43,559 bases of DNA. Origin: Babesia bigemina. Taxonomy: Eukaryota. The stretch's first letter is position 1, and every line of letters starts with the position of its first letter. A program made the position numbers and the translations under genes. Shown here piece by piece: positions 9,201 to 17,242 of the stretch. Location: positions 1-43,559 of the forward strand of contig NW_012237264.1 in assembly GCF_000981445.1 (NCBI RefSeq), in the 5' to 3' direction. The notes beneath the pieces are model-generated. The model worked only from the letters and a program-made list of their open reading frames with translations. It had not been told where the DNA came from and searched no databases.

Positions 9201-11139
9201 AGGTGACTACGTATTTAAGAGGATTATGTGGCCGATTAAAAAAGCCGTGGATATCGAACACCTTCATAATTGTGAATCGAGAAAGCCGAATAGATATGAC
9301 AACTTCCACATCTTCGACATACTGCGGTGTATATACAGTCACTTTGAGCAGTACAACGAAGTCTGCCACATTGCTACTTCCTCAGCTAGGAGGCAGCCGT
9401 GCAGCGTCTATGAAATGCTTATATGGCTCACTGGTCTTCCATACGCTTCTGTATACGGCACAATGCGTGACATAACTTTGTCGGAGTTTTTTGAAGACTC
9501 AACTAAACAGGTTGCTGCAGAAATAGAGGGTATTGAGATGACACTCACGGACATTGGTGCCGTACCCATACAAGCTTGTCCACGTGACATAACGTATAGC
9601 AAAGTAACGAAAGCAATCACCCATATCTGCGCGAAAGCATATGATGTTCTCGCATCCATAGCAGGTCACGGCGACGAATACACGCTGTACGCCAGTGACT
9701 ATTGCAACAACTCTCTAGGTCTCAAATATCCTAGTTCTGGTCAGGATTGTCTTGATATGCTCCTAGATGTACTACGGAGATGCTTGCCAGCACTCCGATA
9801 CATCTTCCAGCGATGCAACGTAACCGCTGAGCACCACGGCTGGCGCAATTGTGAGTACGGCAAGGATGTGCCGACAGCCAAATCGCATTGTAGCAACAAA
9901 GCAACGAGCCAACCAAACAGCCAACCAAAGAGCGAAGCAAAGTGCCAACCAACTTCCCCGCTGATGAGCTATCTTAACGACTGCCTGCCTGGTCACTTAC
10001 CGCATAATGTCAGCTCCATAGGGTGCAGATCGGTATGCAGCAACTGTCCCTCCGCTGCGAAGCTTGGTATGCCGTGTCTGACGCCCATGGGATTCCGCGG
10101 TTTCTCTGGCTCAACCAAAAGTGGCGCGGACCTATGTGAAATAATTCGCGAATTCTTCGGTAGTGGCCTGGTAGCATCATTGCTCGGCTTGTCACCGACT
10201 CCGCCGAAAACGCTGCCAGAACACTTCGGATTTGCTTTGTCGCTTGTCAATGGATGGGTTAATATTACCAATTTGACGCCCGAGAAACGCAGTGAATTTA
10301 GCTTTCAATCGTCATTTGAATCACGCATACGTGATGTCTCTCTTAAGTTATATCCCGATTCCAATAAGTTAATAAAAACGTTGATGAGAGCATATGGTTC
10401 ACAGGCGGTTTTGCATGAATATTGCAAGCATCCTCATCTTGTCAATTTCACTAGCTCAGATATATGTCGTTACGATGTTGCAGATGTAGCCTGCGCTCCT
10501 TATCTTCAATCGCTATGCTCAGGTTCCTATGAATACATGGCCATCAAACACTGTGAACTGTACCTCACCTGGGCCATATACCTCTCATGGGATTTCTGGC
10601 GATTGCTGAACAATTTGTACAACGACTTCTGCAACATATTCTGTGCCGATTGGGGTTGCCGCGGCTGCTTGAGAGGCGATACGTGCAAGAAAGGATCGCA
10701 TGGTCGTACTGACGAAAAAACTGGGAACCCACATTGCCAGTGTCCATCAATAGTGGATTGTAATGGCGTGTCACCGACGCTGTATCGATATGGATTCAGT
10801 TTCTGTGACGCTGTCAAATTGAATGATAGTAAATATAAGAAGAAATGCTCCGATTTCTGCAGTCAGTTAAACAAATTGTTAACTTCACAATACTTCAAAG
10901 ACCTCTTCAAAGAATGCGACAACTTCATTTGGACAATCAGAGAACCGTTCACCTATCTCGTCCTGGCACTCTGGTCACTATCCCTCTTCTACCTCATTTG
11001 CGTAATGGTTGGCAGACTGGACGTGCTCCACATCAGGTCACACCTGAGGATACCGTCATCGCATAAGATTACAGCGCAGTCATTGTTGGCAGCAGCGCAA
11101 GTCGGAAGGCTTGCCAAGATATCGTACCTGCAACCGTAA
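6250..11139 (+). CDS. ves: VESA-like variant erythrocyte surface antigen, copy 2 (subtype B, divergent TM/tail)
   Basis: 1629-aa ORF with the conserved N-block and motifs TSPLMSYLNDCLPGHLPH and DWGCRGCLRGD; TM YLVLALWSLSLFYLICVMVG; tail RLDVLHIRSHLRIPSSHKITAQSLL…YLQP*. Alternative start at ATG 6529 (MGFLSGVL). Confidence 0.9.
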   Translation: MTSINHNNNLCLVTLHVPSSTSCNCPDHVPPREPGKKFGKILNLKNTSNNNPTNILNNLCTGLETFLGFNKDSKGYDGSGIVYSDLDRLCDGVMGFLSGVLDAVKNENEVITYDQYISGDNNRLKKVLDTLTKNIGSGRAGLAESVRAVKGWLEGYEREVNNKITAVTEPIEIMKNLVEHDKNEIKIEKDKNLITQVEEWTKRAKQYVSLADKAKKALKDIDPTLSGKLNNNISLLVQATGTFKAAAENGDLKDVYEEAGKQIYKVVKYAETEFGNTKKLLLNYLNEHITALHDKLVCLQRAQFDDLFTSVNNDLLGAYDKVSDGIKDLEHKYRISIFDEVHALQSSSHSFKLSFETAQRALSHVIIEIKGDMEKFRDLKEVNNIDVSLRTRVKLLNNLQNDPFKSLRDYFEQLESPTTLLALALAEIGKGMDTISSFTKKYEMGKAIKHAATALKELKSCIEGEGDTQLPNTNSITIGGEMITVGGADNLRDTLRSHMSNISNVLQKIETSPTNVNIGDTTAIFSDLSSVAEALSSHSKEIVDAVMKKITTQVTEDIQTVATYIHQKMEKMANAIDFTTEGKTDYGTYGGGAQHAAGLKKLVNEFQNAINQKLIELHGNVGKNEEHEGSVYKDLVVLRKNITALATQVDVVKENVRAVAAELSGCIRKSTRLVNHAPRIAGDMMNKLQTVICGDINKGFQSVQQKAKTLFTETKQNLTAALQKIVNKQIKNVTEIVYQDSISGMKSFCRRLKTYFVNEIASLYPHPYTPHEQTPKSLQDFSKHLTSFYHLFLREVNHSSFDEKLDPVSTKLETLLKRISDSKHFDYLVSHKYNDLQNALDNFAPKKFSTPCSPLLAPLKRGLSNFAQQLGHAYVNRYSGKQFEGELLKEVKSTTPDKPVSAPKQPSEKIYVLTPEGRNCAKVCLTIVEMVYHNLDRLRVECNGLTKHQINKSTDIGRLFSELGFKVSEKGEQNGELHDDKNKIGDYVFKRIMWPIKKAVDIEHLHNCESRKPNRYDNFHIFDILRCIYSHFEQYNEVCHIATSSARRQPCSVYEMLIWLTGLPYASVYGTMRDITLSEFFEDSTKQVAAEIEGIEMTLTDIGAVPIQACPRDITYSKVTKAITHICAKAYDVLASIAGHGDEYTLYASDYCNNSLGLKYPSSGQDCLDMLLDVLRRCLPALRYIFQRCNVTAEHHGWRNCEYGKDVPTAKSHCSNKATSQPNSQPKSEAKCQPTSPLMSYLNDCLPGHLPHNVSSIGCRSVCSNCPSAAKLGMPCLTPMGFRGFSGSTKSGADLCEIIREFFGSGLVASLLGLSPTPPKTLPEHFGFALSLVNGWVNITNLTPEKRSEFSFQSSFESRIRDVSLKLYPDSNKLIKTLMRAYGSQAVLHEYCKHPHLVNFTSSDICRYDVADVACAPYLQSLCSGSYEYMAIKHCELYLTWAIYLSWDFWRLLNNLYNDFCNIFCADWGCRGCLRGDTCKKGSHGRTDEKTGNPHCQCPSIVDCNGVSPTLYRYGFSFCDAVKLNDSKYKKKCSDFCSQLNKLLTSQYFKDLFKECDNFIWTIREPFTYLVLALWSLSLFYLICVMVGRLDVLHIRSHLRIPSSHKITAQSLLAAAQVGRLAKISYLQP

Positions 11140-11298
11140 TGGTATTCACACTTGTAATTCACAACAACTCACCTAGCATATCACCTACTCACCTAACCGA
11201 CAAACGTAGTCTAATGTCTCGAATTACTCTAGCGGCAACCTGGGAACTAGATAGCGTTGAGATTATGTGATGATTGAACAACAATGCAACGTGTTAAC

Positions 11299-11710
11299 CT
11301 AGCAGACAAGCAAAGTGTTGACCTAGCACCCAGACAAAGTGCTAAGCTGGCAGCCAGGCAAAGTGCTAAGCTAGCACCCAGGCAAAGTGTTGACCTAGCA
11401 CCCAGGCAACGTGGTAAGCTGGCACCCAGGCAAAGTGCTAAGCTAGCACCCAGGCAAAGTGGTAAGTTAGCACCCAGGCAACGTGCTAAGCAAGCACCCA
11501 GGCAAAGTGGTAAGCAAGCACACAGGCAAAGTGTTGACCTAGCAACCAGGCAAAGTGCTAAGCGAGCACCCAGGCAGAGTGCTAAGCTAGCACCCAGGCA
11601 AAGTGCTAAGCTAGCACCCAGGCAACGTGGTAAGCAAGCACCCAGGCTAAGTGTTGACCTAGCACCCAGGCAAAGTGGTATGCTAGCAACCAGGCAAAGT
11701 GTTGAGCTGG
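11299..11710 (+). repeat. 24-bp tandem array (CTAGCACCCAGGCAAAGTGCTAAG)
   Basis: About 17 units; produces the repetitive ORFs LAPRQSAK (+) and LALCLGAS (-). Confidence 0.93.
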
Positions 11711-12217
11711 TGGATGAACCGTAATTTGGTGGGTGTTGTAGCACGTCGATTGCCTGGTGCGTTGAGTTAGGCGTTGACTGTGAGAGGTGTCCGCATTGCC
11801 CATTGAGTGAGTGTCACGTGAGGCTGGGTGATTGGTCGCTACGTAGGCGGTCGTGAAGGCCGCGGCGGGTGACCCAAGTCGTGTGTTGCGAATCACTGGC
11901 AGGGTGGCGTAATCCGCGTTGACCCGGTAAAGTAGCATTTATAGGCGACAATGTAGCGATTGTTAATATCACATTTAGGCACGTAGCCGACACGCTCCGC
12001 CAGCATGGCGCCGATACCGCGGCTCGTAGCACGGTGCTGCTGCACTGTGGGAGTTGAGTGCACGGGTCGCTGCAATTAATATGGCGTTGCGAATAGTGAA
12101 TAATTTAGAGTGACAGTTGGTGCTTATCACATGCGTCGCGTCAGGGCAGCCGTGGTATCCTGGGCAGCGTGGGTGTCGGAGGCCTGGGCTGGGGGGATAC
12201 AGGGGTGAGGGGAGTTG

Positions 12218-13145
12218 GTGAGGGGACTGGGAGCGGCAGTGGTAGTGTTGCAGTTGGTGAGTGCTTGCTAGGTGAGTGATATGTTCGCAGGTTGAGGGGA
12301 CTGGGAGCGGCAGTGGTACGTGTTGCAGTTGGTGAGTGCTGCTTAGGGATTGATATGTTCGCAGGTTGAGGGGACTGGGAGCGGCAGTGGTACGTGTTGC
12401 AGTTGGTGAGTGCTGCTTGAGTGATTGATATGTCTGCAGGCTGAGGGGAGTGGCATCGGCAGTGGTAGTGTTGCAGTTGGTGAGTGCTTCTGAGGTGATT
12501 GATATGTTCGCAGGTTGAGGGGACTGGGAGCGGCAGTGGTACGTGTTGCAGTTGGTGAGTGCGTTGCTAGGTGATTGATATGTTCGCAGGTTGAGGGGAC
12601 TGGGAGCGGCAGTGGTACGTGTTGCAGTAGGTGAGTGCTGCTTGAGTGGTTGATATGTCTGCAGGTTGAGGGGACTGGCAGCGGTAGTGGTACGTGTTGC
12701 AGTTGGTGAGTGCGTTGCTAGGTGATTGATATGTTTGCAGGTTGAGGGGACTGGGAGCGGCAGTGGTACGTGTTGCAGTAGGTGAGTGCTGCTTGAGTGG
12801 TTGATATGTCTGCAGGTTGAGGGGACTGGCAGCGGCAGTGGTACGTGTTGCAGTAGGTGAGTGCTGCTTGAGTGGTTGATATGTCTGCAGGTTGAGGGGA
12901 CTGGCAGCGGTAGTGGTACGTGTTGCAGTTGGTGAGTGCGTTGCTAGGTGATTGATATGTTTGCAGGTTGAGGGGATTGGGCGCGGCAGTGGTAGTGTTG
13001 CAGTTGGTGAGTGCGTTGCTAGGTGATTGATATGTTCGCAGGTTGAGGGGAGTGGGCGCGGCAGTGGTAGTGTTGCAGTTGGTGAGTGCGTTGCTAGGTG
13101 ATTGATATGGTTGCAGGTTGAGGGGATTGGGAGGGGAAGGGAAAG
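12218..13145 (+). repeat. ~75-bp tandem array built of a 40-41 nt exon-like part plus a 33-35 nt GT-AG intron-like part; probable spliced 5' UTR
   Basis: 12 GTGAGT…(C/T)GCAG segments starting at 12257, 12332, 12406, 12480, 12555, 12631, 12706, 12782, 12857, 12932, 13007 and 13082. The repeat itself is certain; the intron interpretation is inferred. Confidence 0.85.
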
Positions 13146-13682
13146 ATGGTTTGGATAATATCAGGAGCTCCGTGTTCGGAGTGTGATTATAAATGTATAA
13201 CGTATAAATCGTGTAACTGCTGCCGCTGGTGTTGTAAAGTATGTAAGACTAGCTGGGGTTGCCGTGTTTGTTGGAAAGATCGTTACTACAGTGGCCGAGG
13301 TGCAAAGGACTGCCATCCTGATGGATGTAAATTCCAAAAAAAAACATGTACTGAACCCACTTGTCCTTGTAACTGTTGTGATGAGAAACGTGCAAGTGGA
13401 CAAATTTCGTCTGCCTCCTCCGATTCCCTTCCTTCAACCAGTGGACAGCAACCCTCTGGTCTCCCCGGTGTTACCGCTGCTCAGTTAGGTGACCCCGGAT
13501 CCGACGGTGACACTCTGTCCACACCTTCCCCCCCTCCCTATACTACCATAGCCGCCGTCATCGTTGCCATCATCGTCGCCATCATCCTGCTCGACCTGTG
13601 CATCTTCCGCTTTCCGGTGGGCCGCAACATCCGCGATTTCCTCGTACGCAAGATACCCTTCTGCATCGCGTTCTACAGCTGA
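13146..13682 (+). CDS. small Cys/Lys-rich single-pass membrane protein, paralog 1 (178 aa)
   Basis: N-terminal Cys-rich domain (CNCCRWCCKVC…CHPDGC…CPCNCC), Ser/Pro/Gly linker, TM IAAVIVAIIVAIILL and tail DLCIFRFPVGRNIRDFLVRKIPFCIAFYS*. The paralog at 41729 keeps the Cys pattern and has an identical tail. Confidence 0.82.
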   Translation: MVWIISGAPCSECDYKCITYKSCNCCRWCCKVCKTSWGCRVCWKDRYYSGRGAKDCHPDGCKFQKKTCTEPTCPCNCCDEKRASGQISSASSDSLPSTSGQQPSGLPGVTAAQLGDPGSDGDTLSTPSPPPYTTIAAVIVAIIVAIILLDLCIFRFPVGRNIRDFLVRKIPFCIAFYS

Positions 13683-13814
13683 TCGCAGCAATTTATTGGT
13701 GCAAACATTGTAATCCAAATCCCACTGATCACCTATCTGGCAACTGGCTTCTAATGTTCTAGACAGAGTAATGATCATGTTGATCAATCACATGAGCAGT
13801 GAGGTGACTTAGCA

Positions 13815-13925
13815 CCCGCCCCTTACATCATCGTCCCCGTCGCTCTCATCATCATCGTCATCTGCGTCATGGTCTACTTCCGCATCCGGCCGTTCCACAG
13901 GGTGCGGTATCTACTGCGCAGCTAA
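13815..13925 (+). pseudogene. orphan TM+tail coding fragment type B (PAPYIIVPVALIIIVICVMVYFRIRPFHRVRYLLRS*)
   Basis: Hand translation gives a hydrophobic helix followed by an Arg-rich tail, with C-ending codons like the real TM segments. No in-frame upstream ATG; an in-frame TGA lies just upstream. Confidence 0.6.
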
Positions 13926-13971
13926 TGCCAATAACCTAACTGACAACTGACATCTAATGTTCTAGACAGTA

Positions 13972-14172
13972 ATGATTGCGTTGATAATCAATCAGATGAG
14001 CGGTGAAGTGACTACTTCCCCCCCTCCCTACTCCGCCATCGCCGCCGTCATCGTTGGCATCATCGTCGCCATCATCCTGCTCGACCTGTGCATCTTCCGC
14101 TTTCCGGTGGGCCGCAACATCCGCGATTTCCTCGTACGCAAGATACCCTTCTGCATCGCGTTTTACAGCTAA
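13972..14172 (+). pseudogene. duplicated TM+tail fragment (type A) of the small Cys-rich gene
   Basis: 66-aa ORF whose last ~50 aa are nearly identical to the C-terminus of 13146..13682; lacks the Cys-rich domain; part of a ~490-bp tandem duplication. Confidence 0.7.
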
Positions 14173-14305
14173 TCTCAACGATTTACTGGCGCATAAATCA
14201 TCAATCCAAATTCCACCGATCACCTCACTGGCAACTGACATCTAATGTGCTAGACAGTCATAATTGCGTTGATGATCAATGACATGAGCAGTGGGTGACC
14301 ATAAC

Positions 14306-14416
14306 CCCGCCCCTTACATCATCGTCCCCGTCGCCCTCATCATCATCGTAATCTGCGTCATGAGCTACTTCCGCATCCGGCCGTTCCACAGGGTGCGGTA
14401 TCTACTGCGCAGCTAA
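14306..14416 (+). pseudogene. second copy of TM+tail fragment type B
   Basis: PAPYIIVPVALIIIVICVMSYFRIRPFHRVRYLLRS*, 491 bp downstream of the first copy. Confidence 0.6.
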
Positions 14417-14509
14417 TCACAATAACCTAACTGGCAACTGACATCTAATGTTGTAGACAGCGTAATGATTGCGTTGATGACGAATCGCATGAGCAGTGAG
14501 GTGACCTAC

Positions 14510-14690
14510 CACCTGACCTAGTAACTGACCAAGACACTGACCAAGGTGCTGACCAAGGTGCTGAACAAAGTGCTGACCAATGTGCTGACCTATGTGCTGA
14601 CCAATACCATGACCAATGTGCTGACCAACGTGCTGACCAATGCCACGACCAGAGTGCTGACCAAGATGCTGACCAATGTGCTGACCAAGT
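14510..14690 (+). repeat. 12-bp tandem array
   Basis: GTGCTGACCAA-type units. Confidence 0.93.
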
Positions 14691-14691
14691 A

Positions 14692-14812
14692 ATGGTCACG
14701 GCAGCGGTGACATGGTTACGGCAGCGATGACATGGTCACGGCAGCGATGACATGGTGACGGCAGCGATGTCATGGACACGGCAGCGATGACATGGTCACG
14801 GCAGCGATGACA
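14692..14812 (+). repeat. 20-bp tandem array (about 6 copies)
   Basis: ATGGTCACGGCAGCGATGAC, period 20. Confidence 0.93.
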
Positions 14813-14838
14813 GTGGTGACCTAAGTGGTGATTATCAT

Positions 14839-16940
14839 CCACTCTACATCGCCCCTTTACCCACTCCACATCGCTCCCTAACCCACTCTACATCGCCCCT
14901 TTACCCACTCTACATCGCCCCTTTATCCACTCTACATCGCTCCCTAACCCACCCTTCATCGCCCCTTAACCCTCTCTACATCGCCCCTTTATCCACTCTA
15001 CATCGCTCCCTAACCCACTCTACATCGCCCCTTTACCCACTCTACATCGCCCCTTTATCCACTCTACATCGCTCCCTAATCCACTCTACACCGCTCCTTA
15101 ACCCACTCCACATCGCCCCTTAACCGACTCTACATCGCCCCTTAACCCACTCCACATCGCCCCTTAACCCACTCTTCATCGCCCCTTTATCCACTCTACA
15201 TCGCTCCCTAACCCACTCCACATCGCCCCTTTATCCACTCCACATCGCTCCTTTATCCACTCTACATCGATCCTTTATCCACTCTACATCGCTCCTTTAC
15301 CCACTCTACATCGCCACTTAACCCACTCTACATCGCTCCTTTATCCACTCCACATGGCTCCTTTACCCACTCTACATCGCCCCTTAACCCACTCCACATC
15401 GCTCCCTAACCCACTCCACATCGCTCCCTAACCCACTCTTCATGGCTCCCTAACCCACTCTACATCGCCCCTTTGACCACTCCACATCGCTCCTTAACCC
15501 ACTCCACATCGCCCCTTTATCCACCCAACATCGCCCCTTTACCCACTCTACATCGCCCCTTTACCCACTCTACATCGCCCCTTTATCCACTCTACATCGC
15601 TCCTTTACCTACTCTACATCGCCCCTTATCCACTCTACATCGCCCCTTAATCCACTCTACATCGCCCCTTAACCCACTCTACATCGCCCTTTATCCACTC
15701 TACATCGCTCCCTAACCCACTCTTCATCGCTCCCTAACCCACTCTTCATCGCCCCTTTATCCACCTTACATCGCTCCCTAACCCACTCTACATCGCTCCC
15801 TTATCCACTCCACATCGCCCCTTTATCCACTCTACATCGCTCCTTAACCCACTCTACATCGCTCCTTTATCCACTCTACATCGCTCCTTTATCCACTCTA
15901 CATCGCCCCTTAACCCACTCTACATCTCCCCTTTATCCACTCTACATCGCTCCTTTACCCACTCTACATCGTCCCTTATCCACTCTACATCGCTCCCTAA
16001 CCCACTCTACATCGCTCCCTAACCCACTCTACATCGCTCCCTAACCCACTCCACATCGCTCTTTAACCCACTCTACATCGCCCCTTTATCCACCCTACAT
16101 CGCCCCTTATCCCACCCTACATCGCCCCTTTACCCACTCCACATCGCCCCTTAACCCACCTTACATCGCCCCTTAACCCACTCTACATCGCCCCTTTACC
16201 CACTCCACATCGCCCCTTTATCCATTCTACATCGCCCCTTTACCCACTCTACATCGCTCCTTTATCCACTCTACATCGCCCCTTTACCCACTCCACATCG
16301 CCCCTTTACCCACTCTACATCCCCCCTTTATCCACTCTACATCCCCCCTTTATCCACTCTACATCGCTCCCTAACCCACTCTTCATCGCCCCTTAACCCA
16401 CTCCACATCGCTCCTTTATCCACTCTACATCGCCCCTTTGTCCACTCTACATCGCCCCTTAGCCCACTCTACATCGCCGCTTATCCACTCTACATCGCTC
16501 CTTTATCCACTCTACATCGCTCCTTTATCCACTCTACATCGCTCCTTTATCCACTCCACATCGCCCCTTTACCCACTCTACATCGCTCCTTAACCCACTC
16601 TACATCGCTCCCTAATCCACTCTACATCGCCCCTTAACCCACTCTACATCGCCCCTTTGTCCACTCTACATCCCTCCTTATCCACTCCACATCGCCCCTT
16701 AACCCACTCCACATCGCCCCTTAACCCACTCCACATCGCCCCTTAACCCACTCCACATCGCCCCTTTATCCACTCTACATCGCCCCTTTATCCACTCTAC
16801 ATCGCCCCTTTATCCACTCTACATCGCCCCTTAATCCACTCTACATCGCTCCCTAACCCACTCTACATCGCTCCTTTACCCACTCTACATCGCTCCCTAA
16901 TCCACTCTCCATCGCCCCTTAATCCACTCTACATCGCTCC
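14839..16940 (+). repeat. 22-bp C-rich minisatellite array (~2.1 kb)
   Basis: CCACTCTACATCGC… units directly upstream of ves copy 3. Confidence 0.97.
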
Positions 16941-17242
16941 AATCACCTCGCCATAATACCGTTATGACCTCTTTAGGCCATCCTAATAACTTGTGCCTTG
17001 TCACCCTTCACTTCCCTCCTTCCACCTCTTGCCACTGCCCAGACCATGTGCCGCCTAGGGAGCTTGGCAAGAAATTTGACAAAATTTAAAGCCTTAAAAA
17101 TACCTTAAATAACAACCCTACTGACATCCTTAATAACCTCTGCACTGGCCTCGAAACTTTCCTCGGCTTCAACTCTGAGTCCAAAGGCTACGACGGCAGT
17201 GGCATTGTGTACTCTGACCTGGACAGGCTGTGTGACGGGGTG

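Noticed and set aside
6250..11139. Bacterial Ebh-like adhesin or SMC/myosin-like protein
   Set aside because: Any resemblance would come from generic helical composition; the Cys-rich region, TM and tail fit Babesia VESA-like proteins.
11247..11744. ORFs on both strands of the 24-bp array
   Set aside because: Pure repeat translation with no independent coding evidence.
12291..13145. Micro-exons as coding N-terminal repeats (VEGTGSGSGTCCS)
   Set aside because: 40-41 nt lengths shift the frame, no ATG is present, and an in-frame TGA lies in the last exon before 13146.
14839..16940. 22-bp, 20-bp and 75-bp arrays as CRISPR arrays
   Set aside because: Units are directly adjacent with no unique spacers, there are no cas genes, and the context is eukaryotic.
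17207..17209. GTG starts in the ORF track (208, 17207, 35238)
   Set aside because: Prokaryote-style start calls; at 17207 and 35238 the codon is the Val of GIVYSDL.
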